From Deltaproteobacteria bacterium (GTDB lineage Bacteria > Myxococcota > Kuafuiibacteriia > Kuafuiibacteriales > Kuafuiibacteriaceae), in assembly GCA_040218735.1 (NCBI GenBank), contig JAVJQW010000012.1, positions 449,940 to 513,939 on the forward strand: a DNA stretch of 64,000 nucleotides, written 5' to 3'. The notes below the pieces were generated by a model that had not been told where the DNA came from, did not search any database, and saw only the letters and a program-made list of their open reading frames with translations. Shown one piece after another: positions 1 to 9,386 of the stretch. Every line of letters begins with the position of its first letter. Positions within the stretch are counted from its first letter, which is position 1. Position numbers and translations under genes: made by a program.

Positions 1-1092
1 CGTGACCTGCACGGAGTACGGCGGGATGCCGCCGCTCACGAGGTCACCCGCGTAGTTCTTGTTCGTGACGCCCGCGGGGAGCGAGGTCGCGACGCTCAGC
101 GGGCCGGACTCGGCGACGTTGAGGTTCACCGTCGCCATGCCGCTGACGTTTTCGCTGTCGACGACGAACACGAGCATCGAGTAGTTCCCGACCGCGTCGG
201 GCGTACCGCTCATGCGCCCCGCGTCCGTGCCCGCGCCCGTGGTGATCAGCCACGACGGCGCGCCGCTGACGACCTGGTAGCCGTAGGGTGGTGTGCCGCC
301 GCTCGCGGAGAGCTGCGCCATGAAGGGCACGCCGACGCGCGCCTCGGGGAGGGAGGTCGGCGACACGGAGATCGCGCCGCCACCGCCGCCCTCCAAGACG
401 GTGATCGAGAAGCTCCCGGTGCCGGACGTGAGCCCCGCCTGCTCCGCGGTCGCGGAGAAGCTGAAGGTGCCGGCGGTCGTCGGGCTCCCGAAGATCTCGC
501 CCGCCGACGACAGCGACAAACCGGACGGGAGCGAGCCCGCGGACACGTACCAGTTCGGTGAGGTGGCGCCGGACTGGCGGAGCGTCGCGGAGTACGTCGA
601 GCCGACCTGTGCGTTGGGGAGCGTCTCACTCGTCACGCTGATCGCGCCGCCGCCTCCGCCGCCGCCGATCGTGACCATCGTGCTGAAGACGTAGACGTTG
701 TTGTTCTCGTCGGTCTCGATGAGGTCGTCCCAGGGGTCGGCGATCAGACCCGCGATCCAGAGGCCGTCGTAGCCGGACGGGACGGTGAACGTCATCGTGC
801 GCGTCGTCGATCCGAAGCCGCCGAGCGAAGAGACGAAGTCTTCGTACAGCAGGTACGCTTCGGTCGCCGCGGTGTTCTGGATGACGAACCCGACGCTGAA
901 CTGACCGGCGGCCGTGCCGCTCACGTTCTCGAGGTCGTAGCTGATCGACACCGTGTCGCCGACGCTCAACGACGCGGGCGGCTCGGTGGAGAACGGTACG
1001 GAGAAGTCCTGCGCGTACGCGCTCGATTGAGCCCCCGCGAGCGCGAGGAGCGAGAGTACGAACAGACGCGGACCGGTCGTCGGGCTAGGCAC
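1..1092 (-). CDS. Secreted CARDB + putative Ig (He_PIG) repeat surface protein; runs off the left edge
   Basis: Missing from the ORF track because no stop falls in the window. Manual translation from GTG at 1092 gives a signal peptide (LFVLSLLALAGAQSSAYA), a CARDB-type end (IADPWDDLIETDENNN) and Ig repeats (LPNAQVGSTYSATL..GSLPSGLSLSSAGEIFGSPTTAGTFSF; SGGTPPY; SGGIPPY) joined by poly-Gly linkers. Confidence 0.8.
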   Translation of the reverse strand, partial: MPSPTTGPRLFVLSLLALAGAQSSAYAQDFSVPFSTEPPASLSVGDTVSISYDLENVSGTAAGQFSVGFVIQNTAATEAYLLYEDFVSSLGGFGSTTRTMTFTVPSGYDGLWIAGLIADPWDDLIETDENNNVYVFSTMVTIGGGGGGGAISVTSETLPNAQVGSTYSATLRQSGATSPNWYVSAGSLPSGLSLSSAGEIFGSPTTAGTFSFSATAEQAGLTSGTGSFSITVLEGGGGGAISVSPTSLPEARVGVPFMAQLSASGGTPPYGYQVVSGAPSWLITTGAGTDAGRMSGTPDAVGNYSMLVFVVDSENVSGMATVNLNVAESGPLSVATSLPAGVTNKNYAGDLVSGGIPPYSVQVT

Positions 1093-1212
1093 GGACGCTG
1101 GGGTACGTGTTGGGTCCGGGTCAGCCCATCGGACAGTCGGCGGACGTCCGATCGGCGGAAATGCCGGCGCCAATGGTTCCGGACGGTTGCGGGCTCGTGC
1201 GCGCCGCCACAG

Positions 1213-1551
1213 TCAGGGAGCGTCACACGCGAGCCACTCGGCGAGCTGCTCGCGGGCCTCCTCGGACGGGTCGTCCGGGCCCGGCGGCATGGTCGTATTC
1301 ACGGACGCCGCGCGCACGTAGATCCGATCCTTGTACGCGCGCGCGAGCTCGGCTGTGCCGAAGTCGTACGCGAGCGGGGCGCCGCGACGGTCCGATCCGA
1401 TCGCGCCGTGGCACGTTTGGCAGTGCGCGTTCAAGAACGCCGCGCCGAAGTTGTCGTACGTGAGCTCCGTCTGCTCGCACGACTGCTCGTCGATCGTCTT
1501 CGCGCCGCACGCAGCGGTGAGGAGCAACAGCAAGAACAACTTAGAGCGCAT
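1213..1551 (-). CDS. Small monoheme c-type cytochrome lipoprotein
   Basis: ATG at 1551 (MRSKLFLLLLLTAAC lipobox), heme motif CQTCH and a distal-Met candidate TTMPP. The 3' end of the upstream gene overlaps this start. Confidence 0.8.
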   Translation of the reverse strand: MRSKLFLLLLLTAACGAKTIDEQSCEQTELTYDNFGAAFLNAHCQTCHGAIGSDRRGAPLAYDFGTAELARAYKDRIYVRAASVNTTMPPGPDDPSEEAREQLAEWLACDAP

Positions 1552-2110
1552 AACGAAGCCCCAACGCGCTCGAGAACGCTGCGTAGACCGTTGGACCCCG
1601 CGGGTCGGGGAAGAACATCCCGTTCCCCTCCACCGACGCGTACACGCCGATGCCGTCGTTCTCCGCGATGTCGAAGGTGAGCCCGAGCCCCAGCTCACCG
1701 CCGCCGCGGTGACGAATGCCGTCGCCGATCCCGAACAGCGCGCCGGCCGGGCTCTCCTGCACGACGTGGAGTGTCTCCTCGTGCTGATGCGCGAGCGACA
1801 GCCGCGTGAACGCGCGCACGCCCGGCGTGAGCTCCATCGAGAACCGCGCACCGACGGAGACGTACGTGAGCATCCGCTGGTCCACGAGCCCGTACCCGAG
1901 CCGCGAGAGGAAGAAGAAGCCGAGCCAGGGCATCGGATCCAATCCGAGCTCGAACGTGGAGTGCGCCCCGGCGTCGCCGCGCCACGTGGTCTTGGACATC
2001 GCGGCGCCGGCGGCGACCGTGAGTCGAGTGGGTTCGTCCTCGGCGCGCGCGGACGGGACAAAGAGGCCCATCAGCACGGCCACGCCGAGCGTCGTCTTCG
2101 TGATCGACAT
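1541..2110 (-). CDS. Exported protein, probable small outer-membrane beta-barrel
   Basis: Signal peptide ending ARA-E, alternating amphipathic strands and C-terminal LGLRYAL. Confidence 0.6.
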   Translation of the reverse strand: MSITKTTLGVAVLMGLFVPSARAEDEPTRLTVAAGAAMSKTTWRGDAGAHSTFELGLDPMPWLGFFFLSRLGYGLVDQRMLTYVSVGARFSMELTPGVRAFTRLSLAHQHEETLHVVQESPAGALFGIGDGIRHRGGGELGLGLTFDIAENDGIGVYASVEGNGMFFPDPRGPTVYAAFSSALGLRYAL

Positions 2111-2153
2111 GGTTCGTGCCTTCGTGCCCGCCGGCCGAGGCGATCCATCGAAG

Positions 2154-3554
2154 TTATTTTCGTCGACGCGCTTTTCTTCGCCCGGTGAGCGGCGCGGTGC
2201 GCGCGCAGCGGGTCGGGTCGGCGGCGGAGAGCGTCACGACGACCTCGCGCGGCTTCGGGTACACCTTCGTCTTCTCGACGCGCCGCTCCCACGCGCGCGT
2301 CCGCGTGAGGAAGCGCGAGAGATCGTCGGTGCAGGCGTCGAAGATCCGGTCGCGCGCCGCCCGCGCCGATCCCGCGCGGCCGAGGCGCGCGATGGCGAGG
2401 TCCGCGGGGAGGCGACGCCGCACGTCCTTGCCGCCGATCGCGCGCAGGCCGGTGTCGTCCTTCTGACGCTCCGCGGACCGCACCGCGCGGAAGATCCGCT
2501 CGGCGTCGGCGACGCGCTGCCGACGCGCGCTCCAGTCCGCGACGAAGCCCTGGCTACGGACCTCGTTCAGCTGCACCTGTCGCTTCGCGCCGCGCGCGCG
2601 CTGGACCCGCACGAGGAGCGCGTAGGGATCGACATCGACGGGCCGTCGCGCGAGCAGCGTGTCGACGAACGCCTGCGCTTCGTCGGCCGCGCCGTCCAGC
2701 ATCATCGCCTCGACGATCAGCGCCACACCCACGTCCGACTTCGGATCTTTCTCCGCCGCGGCGCGCGCGGCGTCGACCGCCTTGCGCGCGTCCTTGTCCT
2801 CGATCGCGATCCGCGCACGCGCACGTAGCACCGCGGGCGCCTCGGACTCCGTCTTCGCGAGGCGACGACGCACCTCCTCGAAGTCGCGCTTCCTCACCAG
2901 GATCGTGAGCAACGTGGACAGCGCTTCTTCGTCCCCGGGGTCATCCGCCACGACGCGCTTCGCGAGCGTGAGCGCTTGTGTGTCGTCGATGTCCTTCCAG
3001 ACCGCGAGCTCGGACGCGTCCCCGTCCGCGACGCGGAGCGTGAGGTTCGTGCGCCCCGCCGCGAGCAAACACCCGTGAATCGCAGCGGGTGACTCCCCCG
3101 CGTGCTCGAGCGCGCGCACCAATCCGTTCGCCGGGTCCGGCGCAAACGCGGGGTCGAGCGCGTCCTTTGCGGTGGCGAGCGCACGCTTGAGCTTCGCGTG
3201 CGCTTCCTCCCGTTGCCCCGCGGCGTCGAACGCGAGCGCCGCGAGGAACAACACGTCCGCCGGAGCGTCCTTCGCACGCGACGCCTCCGCGAGGGTCTGC
3301 CGCGCGCGCCCCAGACCGCCGGGGCCGTTCTTCTGCGCCATCGCGTAGTACGCCGCGAACGCGGGCTCGCCCGAGAGGTGCTTGGCGGCGCGCAGGCGGT
3401 TCTTGGTGAGCAGCCGCGCGACGCCGCGCAGCGGTTCGTACTTCGCGTCGTCTCCGAGTCGCGCGAGCGCGCGGTCGACGACCTTCCCCTCCAGCGCTGC
3501 GCACGCGACGTCGGTCGCCGGCGTGGACAGCGCGAGCAGGAGGACGGCGATCAA
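2154..3554 (-). CDS. Exported tetratricopeptide-repeat protein
   Basis: TTG at 3554 overlaps the upstream TGA. Signal-like LIAVLLLALSTPA and Ala-rich helical TPR-like units (DVLFLAALAFDAAGQREEAHAKLKRALA; ALTLAKRVVADDPGDEEAL). Confidence 0.65.
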   Translation of the reverse strand: MIAVLLLALSTPATDVACAALEGKVVDRALARLGDDAKYEPLRGVARLLTKNRLRAAKHLSGEPAFAAYYAMAQKNGPGGLGRARQTLAEASRAKDAPADVLFLAALAFDAAGQREEAHAKLKRALATAKDALDPAFAPDPANGLVRALEHAGESPAAIHGCLLAAGRTNLTLRVADGDASELAVWKDIDDTQALTLAKRVVADDPGDEEALSTLLTILVRKRDFEEVRRRLAKTESEAPAVLRARARIAIEDKDARKAVDAARAAAEKDPKSDVGVALIVEAMMLDGAADEAQAFVDTLLARRPVDVDPYALLVRVQRARGAKRQVQLNEVRSQGFVADWSARRQRVADAERIFRAVRSAERQKDDTGLRAIGGKDVRRRLPADLAIARLGRAGSARAARDRIFDACTDDLSRFLTRTRAWERRVEKTKVYPKPREVVVTLSAADPTRCARTAPLTGRRKARRRK

Positions 3555-6502
3555 TCCGACACCGTCAGGTACCGCCCCTGGGTCGCCTCCAACGCGGTGC
3601 CCGCCGCCGACATCAAGACGTTCGGCACGGTCCACGTCTGTCCGGTCGGCGCGACGACGGTGATCTGATAACGCCCCTCCGGCGGCCGAACCGGCGTGAG
3701 CGGATCCGAAGGACGCGCACCGAGCGCCGGGAACACCATGGAGATCGAGGTCGCGACGACCTGCGCCTGCACCTGCGTCGGATCCGCCGCCGGGAAGCCG
3801 GCCGGGACGAACTGCCCCGGGTTGATGAAGCCAGGGATCCGCACCGCGTCAGGCGCGAGGGTGAGGTTCGAAGGATCGTCGGGGTCGAGCTGCTGCGCGA
3901 TCACGATCGGGTAGGTGTCCGGGTTGCCGTCGCCGTTGACGTCGTCGGCGGTGCCGTCACGGTTGCGGTCCACCCACTGCACGACGAACACACCCATCTG
4001 CGACAGCACGTCGGTGGTCACGGAGAGCGCGTCGAGCGTGACCGCGACGGAGCCCGTCGACAGATCGAGGCGCGCGTCGGCGGGCACGAGCCCGAACACC
4101 GGACGATCCACGGGGACGGTGAGCGGCTGGACGATGGTCACGTCGATGCCCGTGACCGGCGGTCCGAGCGCCATCACCGACACGTCGAGGAGCTGCGCGG
4201 TCATCGTGTCGATGTGCCCACCGCCGACGTCACCCGCGTCCGGCTGGTTCAGCGGGTCGTACCAGGGGACGAAGTCGTCGTCCGCGTCGAGGAACGCTCG
4301 CACCTGGTAGGTACCGGTCGCGAGCCCACCCAACGCGTAGGACGCGGTGTTGCCTGCGGCGAAGTCCTCCTTGCCGACGATCGCGATCGCGCGCGGTCGG
4401 CCGGTGCCGAGCGGCGGCGGCGGGTCGTTCGTCGCGAACGTAAACACGATGACGCTGAAGTCGTCGGCCGGCGGCGCGACGGCGAGCGTGACCGTGCCGG
4501 CGATCGCTCCGCCCGGGACGCCCGTGTCCTCGACCGTGATGTAGCGGGACTGGGTCGGGTCCGCGAGCGGCCCCCCCGCGCGACCGAGCGCGATGTCGAG
4601 ATCGTTGGGCACCGACCAGGTCTGCCCGGTCGACGACAACACGTTGACGCGGTAGCGGCCCGGCGGCGGCGGCGACACCTGTTCGAGCACACCCGAAGCG
4701 TTGGCGACGAGCGCGACCGGCGGCAGCACCACGTCGAGCGTCGTCGTCGGCACGACCGACGCGCTCCCCGCGAGCGCGCTGAGGAACGGGATCGCGTTCA
4801 CGATGCCGGGGATGATCGTCAACCGCGGATCGTTGGGTGCGGTGCGCGGGTCGGCGCCGTCCACCATGCGCGTCAACAACACACGCGGGAGGAGGTCCGG
4901 TGTGTTGTCCGCGTCCGCGTCGGCCTCGGTGAGGGTCACCGGGAAGATCGCGTCCTCGACGCCGACCGCCGGGACGTCGTGGGACTCGAGCCGAATCGTC
5001 GCGGGGAACGCCGTGCGTGCGAGCGAGATCTGGTCGTCGAAGGAGAACGCCGGGCGATCGAACGGGAGCACCTGCCCGACCTGCACGACCGCCCCCGGCA
5101 CGACGCCGGTCGCCACCGTGATCGGCGCGGTGCCCTGCCCGAGGACGTCACCGGCGTCGGGCTGCGCGAGTAACGAGACGAGCGGCGAGAAGTTGTCGTT
5201 GGCGTCGAGGATCGCGACGAGCAGGTACGTCGCCGGCGGCAACCCCGAGATCGCGAAGTCAGCCTCGCGGACCTGCGCACCGGCGCCGCTGAACGCGTCG
5301 CGCGGGATCGTCGCGAGCCCCACCGGGGTGCCCGTGCCGACCGGCGGCGGGGGGGTCGCGGCGTCGAACGCCACCACGTACACCTCACCCTCAGCTTCGC
5401 TGCTGACCTGAACCCGACCGCGAATGCCGCCGCCGGGCGCGGGCGGGCCTTCGATCATCGACACGGTCTGCATTTGCGTGGCGTCGACCGGATCGTTGGG
5501 CTGCACGACGGCGAGGTCGTTCGGGACCTGCCACGTCTGCCCCGTCCCCGAGATGACGATCGTCTCGTACTCACCCGGCGGGGGCGCGGGGAGGAACGTG
5601 AGGCCGTCGGCCGTCTGCTCGACGGCGAGCGGCGGGAGCAACACGGCGAGCGTCGCGGTGGGCACCGCCGGGACGACGGACAGCGCGTCCTGGTAGGGCA
5701 GCGGATCGATGATGCCGGGGATCAGGATCGTGCCGGTCTCGCCGGGCCCGTTGATCCGCCGCAAGAGAACTTGCGGATAGAGATCCGGGAGGTGGTCACC
5801 GTTGCTGTCGTCAGGCGTCCCGTCACCGTCGACGTCGACGTACTGCACCAGGAAGCTCGTGCACTCCGGCTTCATCGTCACGTCCGTCGCCTGGATCGCG
5901 CGCGACGAGAGGACGAGGGTCTGCGGCGTCGCGTACGGCACCGTGAACGACGTCGTCGACGAGTGTGCGAAGCCGGGCCGCTCCACGGGGATGGGCAGGC
6001 CGACGCGGACGGTGATCTGCGGCGTCGCGGCGTCGTCGCGCACCTCGAGGATGCGGAACTCACCGGCGTCGTCGACGAAGCCTCCGCCGACGTCGCCGGC
6101 GGTGGGCTGCGCGAGCAGGGGGATCGTCGGACGGAAGTCACCGTCCGCGTCCAGGAACGCCCGCACCTGATAACGCCCGCCCGGCACCGTGGGGATCGTG
6201 AACGGCGCCGCGAACAACCCTTCGCCCTGCTCTTCGACGGAGAAGAAGGCCGACTCCGGAACGACGATGAATGACAGCGGGCTGCTCGTCCCCTCCGGCG
6301 GCGGGAGCATGTCCTCCGCGAAGAGCGTGACGATGACGTTTCCGCGCGCGGGCGCGGGCACGCAGGGGTCGTTCGACTCGGGCTGCGACGCGACGAGCAC
6401 CGTCCCGGTGATCACGCCGGCGTGCGGTTCGTACTCTTCGATGGTCGGTTCGCCGCACGACGCGACGATGACCGTGAGGAAGGCGATGGAAGAGCGCTTC
6501 AT
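3551..6502 (-). CDS. 983-aa lipoprotein built from three ~310-330 aa tandem domains
   Basis: Lipobox VIVASC. Motifs occur three times: PPPxGTxxP, YxxxAxLDAxxxF, QPxAGDVxG, DxxxDxxPDxxP, IPGxxxP, GQTWxVPN. Confidence 0.85.
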   Translation of the reverse strand: MKRSSIAFLTVIVASCGEPTIEEYEPHAGVITGTVLVASQPESNDPCVPAPARGNVIVTLFAEDMLPPPEGTSSPLSFIVVPESAFFSVEEQGEGLFAAPFTIPTVPGGRYQVRAFLDADGDFRPTIPLLAQPTAGDVGGGFVDDAGEFRILEVRDDAATPQITVRVGLPIPVERPGFAHSSTTSFTVPYATPQTLVLSSRAIQATDVTMKPECTSFLVQYVDVDGDGTPDDSNGDHLPDLYPQVLLRRINGPGETGTILIPGIIDPLPYQDALSVVPAVPTATLAVLLPPLAVEQTADGLTFLPAPPPGEYETIVISGTGQTWQVPNDLAVVQPNDPVDATQMQTVSMIEGPPAPGGGIRGRVQVSSEAEGEVYVVAFDAATPPPPVGTGTPVGLATIPRDAFSGAGAQVREADFAISGLPPATYLLVAILDANDNFSPLVSLLAQPDAGDVLGQGTAPITVATGVVPGAVVQVGQVLPFDRPAFSFDDQISLARTAFPATIRLESHDVPAVGVEDAIFPVTLTEADADADNTPDLLPRVLLTRMVDGADPRTAPNDPRLTIIPGIVNAIPFLSALAGSASVVPTTTLDVVLPPVALVANASGVLEQVSPPPPGRYRVNVLSSTGQTWSVPNDLDIALGRAGGPLADPTQSRYITVEDTGVPGGAIAGTVTLAVAPPADDFSVIVFTFATNDPPPPLGTGRPRAIAIVGKEDFAAGNTASYALGGLATGTYQVRAFLDADDDFVPWYDPLNQPDAGDVGGGHIDTMTAQLLDVSVMALGPPVTGIDVTIVQPLTVPVDRPVFGLVPADARLDLSTGSVAVTLDALSVTTDVLSQMGVFVVQWVDRNRDGTADDVNGDGNPDTYPIVIAQQLDPDDPSNLTLAPDAVRIPGFINPGQFVPAGFPAADPTQVQAQVVATSISMVFPALGARPSDPLTPVRPPEGRYQITVVAPTGQTWTVPNVLMSAAGTALEATQGRYLTVSD

Positions 6503-6504
6503 GG

Positions 6505-9366
6505 CTAGAACCTCGCCGTCACCGACCCGAGGACGCGCGCCTCGAGACGGTTGGCAAACGGGTGCTCGCGGTGGCGGAGGTCACCGAAGTCGAGGAGGTT
6601 GCTCCCCGAGACGGCGATCTCCAGGTTGTCGTCGAACAGGCGGTAGCCGACGCGGCCGATCACGAGGACGGAGGCGTCGACCGGGAGCGGGTCGGCGTTG
6701 AAGCCGGTGGGGTCGTTGGGATCGTAGTTCGGCTCGATCCAGTTCTGCGAGGAGACGAAGTGCCCCGACAAGCCGACGTCGAGGCCGATGTCCGTGCGAA
6801 GCAGGCCCCACAACGAGAACTTGTGCACGGGGGAGTCGGTGAAGCGGTCGCCGGTCTCTTCCTCGAAGATGTACTGCAGCGCGTAGTTCGCGCCGATGTC
6901 GACGCCGTCGATCGGGTAGAGGCGCGTCGACACCTCGCCGCCGAGCGCGAGGAACGCGCGCGGGTCGTTCACGTAGAAGGAGCGACCGACGACGAACGCG
7001 TTGATGTCCGGGCGAAAGGCTTCCTCCGGTCCGGTGGGGGACAGCGGCGTGCGTGTGATGAGATCCGTGACGCGGTTGAAGTACGCGACGGCTTCGACCT
7101 CGCCGAACTCCGACTGGTAGCGGTACCCGGCGTCGACGGTGACGATGCGCTCGGGGTCGAGCTCGCGGAAGCCGCCGACGAGTGTGATCGCGGCGCCGGG
7201 CGTCGGTGTGGCGGCGGAGAGGTCGAGGTACGTCTCGGCCATCGTCGGCTGGCGGAACGCGGTACCGGCGGAGAGGCGTATCGCCTGGTTCGGGGTTGGC
7301 TTGTAGATGACCGCGACGCGCGGGGAGCCGAGCGGGCCGATCAGGGGGTGGAGGTCGAGGCGCGCGGAGACGATCGTCGACAGCTCGGGAGTGATGACCC
7401 AGGAGTCCTGGAAGAACACGGCGAAGTGGTTCTCGGTCTGCTCGTCGTTCAGGTAGTCCCAGTCGATGAACTTGAAGCGGTACTCGCCGCCGAGGACGAT
7501 CGCGTGTTTGCCGAACAGCTCGACCTCCGGCCGGAAGACCGGCTCGATGCTCACGAGGTCGAAGCGCACGCGCGAGCCGAGGTCGTCCGTGCCGGTGCGG
7601 TAGAACTGCGGCGCGGACTGCACGCGGAGGCGGTTCCAGAAGCTGCGGATACTCAGTAGATCGCTGTCGTAGCCACCGCGGACGTTGTACTCCTCGCCGT
7701 CGATCGCTTGGTTCCTCAGCGACGCGACGCCGTAGAACTCGAACGACCCGGTGCGCGCGGCGCCGCCGGCGTAGAGCCGTTTGTCGCCGCCGAGGCTGTA
7801 CTCGCCCTCGAGGTCGACGCGCGCCATGTCGAGCGACTTGTTCGGGTTGGTGACGTTGGTCGTGTAGTCGACGCGGTTGGGGTCGAACTCGAGGTCGTAC
7901 TTGTCCGCGCGTTGGTAGGTGCCGCTGGCGCGCAGGGCGACGGGGCCTTGTTGGCCGCCGTACTGGTACGAGGACGTGAACTGGTTGCCGTTGCCGGCCG
8001 CGACCTCGAGCGTGGAGCCCTTCACCTCCGAGGGGCGCTTGGTGATGATGTTGACGATGCCGGTGTACGCGTACGCGCCGTAGATCGCGGAGCCGGGGCC
8101 GCGGACGACCTCGATGCGCTCGATGTCGGCGAGGGAGATCGAAAGGCCGGTCCAGAGCGTGCCGCCGAGGAAGTCTTGGTAGGCGGTGCGTCCGTCGATG
8201 AGGACGAGGACCTTGTTGGCGACGCGGCGATTGAACCCGCGGACGGCGACGTTGTAGTCCGCGTACGACATCGCCATGACGTCCATACCGGGCACGCGCC
8301 GCAGGAGGTCCGGGATCGTGCGGGCGCCGGACAGGCGGATGTCTTCGTCGGTGAGGATCGTGACGGCGTTCGGTGCGTCGAGGGGGGACTGCGCGCGCCG
8401 GGACGCGGTGACGACGACGTCCTCGTAGACCTCGCCGGTCTTGGCTTCGAGGGTGACGTCGGCCTCGCCGAGCGCGACGCTCGCAGTGGTCGACAGCGGC
8501 GCCTCGCCGGCGACGGGGGTGGTTGTCAGCGGCGGCGGCGCGACCGGATCCCGGGGCGCAGCGGGCTCGGGGCGATCGAAGGCCCCCTCGGCGCGCATCC
8601 GCGCGATGATCGCCTCGGCGATGCGGTCGAGCTGCTCCCCCTCGATGCGCGCGGGCTCGGGGGCGGTGTCGGTCGGCGGTGGAGGCTCCGGATCTCGCGT
8701 GCGCCTGCGCCTCCGCTTCGGCGGCGGGGGCGGCGGCGGCGGCTCGACCCTCGCGACGGCGGCGCGCCGCGCTGCGGCGAGGCGTGCGCGCAGCTTGGTG
8801 AGCCGCGAGTTGACGCGCCTCGAGTCGCGCGGGTTGGATTCGAGGTAACGCTCGTAGGTGTCGATCGCACGACGCGTCTGGCCGGCGTCTTCGTAGGCGC
8901 GACCGATGTTGAAGAGGATGTTCGGGTGCGGGCGTTGCTCGTAGGCGCGATTCAGCAGCGCGATGCCTTCGAGGTAGCGCTTGCGTTTGATCGCGCGCAT
9001 CCCGTCGTCGACGAGGCGCCGCAGCGTCTGGCGTAGCCGCAGCTCCTGCAGCGTCGACTCGACGCGCGCGGCGTCGCGCGGGCTGGTCGCCTGGTACTTC
9101 TCGAAGTACTCGATCGCCTTCCCCACGGATCCCATCGACGCGTACGCGCGCCCGATGTTGAAGAGCACGTTCGGGTGCGGACGCACGGCGTAGGCCTTCT
9201 CGAGCTGCTCGATCCCCTCGCGGTAGCGACCGGCGTCGATGAACGCCATCCCGCGCGTGAAGTAGCGGCGCGCCTCCGCCTTGGAGTCCGCCTGCGCGTC
9301 GTCGACCGAAGCGATGAGCCCCACGAGGCACACGATCGGAACGATCCGGTTTCGGTGGCCGGCCAT
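6505..9366 (-). CDS. TonB-dependent receptor with a duplicated N-terminal TPR module
   Basis: Signal peptide, 2x RPHPN(V/I)LFNIGRAY TPR modules and a Pro/Arg linker. TonB box EDVVVTASR, plug motifs LLRRVPGM / VLVLIDGR / IERIEVVRGPGSAIYG, barrel and C-terminal TARF. Confidence 0.92.
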   Translation of the reverse strand: MAGHRNRIVPIVCLVGLIASVDDAQADSKAEARRYFTRGMAFIDAGRYREGIEQLEKAYAVRPHPNVLFNIGRAYASMGSVGKAIEYFEKYQATSPRDAARVESTLQELRLRQTLRRLVDDGMRAIKRKRYLEGIALLNRAYEQRPHPNILFNIGRAYEDAGQTRRAIDTYERYLESNPRDSRRVNSRLTKLRARLAAARRAAVARVEPPPPPPPPKRRRRRTRDPEPPPPTDTAPEPARIEGEQLDRIAEAIIARMRAEGAFDRPEPAAPRDPVAPPPLTTTPVAGEAPLSTTASVALGEADVTLEAKTGEVYEDVVVTASRRAQSPLDAPNAVTILTDEDIRLSGARTIPDLLRRVPGMDVMAMSYADYNVAVRGFNRRVANKVLVLIDGRTAYQDFLGGTLWTGLSISLADIERIEVVRGPGSAIYGAYAYTGIVNIITKRPSEVKGSTLEVAAGNGNQFTSSYQYGGQQGPVALRASGTYQRADKYDLEFDPNRVDYTTNVTNPNKSLDMARVDLEGEYSLGGDKRLYAGGAARTGSFEFYGVASLRNQAIDGEEYNVRGGYDSDLLSIRSFWNRLRVQSAPQFYRTGTDDLGSRVRFDLVSIEPVFRPEVELFGKHAIVLGGEYRFKFIDWDYLNDEQTENHFAVFFQDSWVITPELSTIVSARLDLHPLIGPLGSPRVAVIYKPTPNQAIRLSAGTAFRQPTMAETYLDLSAATPTPGAAITLVGGFRELDPERIVTVDAGYRYQSEFGEVEAVAYFNRVTDLITRTPLSPTGPEEAFRPDINAFVVGRSFYVNDPRAFLALGGEVSTRLYPIDGVDIGANYALQYIFEEETGDRFTDSPVHKFSLWGLLRTDIGLDVGLSGHFVSSQNWIEPNYDPNDPTGFNADPLPVDASVLVIGRVGYRLFDDNLEIAVSGSNLLDFGDLRHREHPFANRLEARVLGSVTARF

Positions 9367-9386
9367 GCGGCCCGCACTCTACAGCC

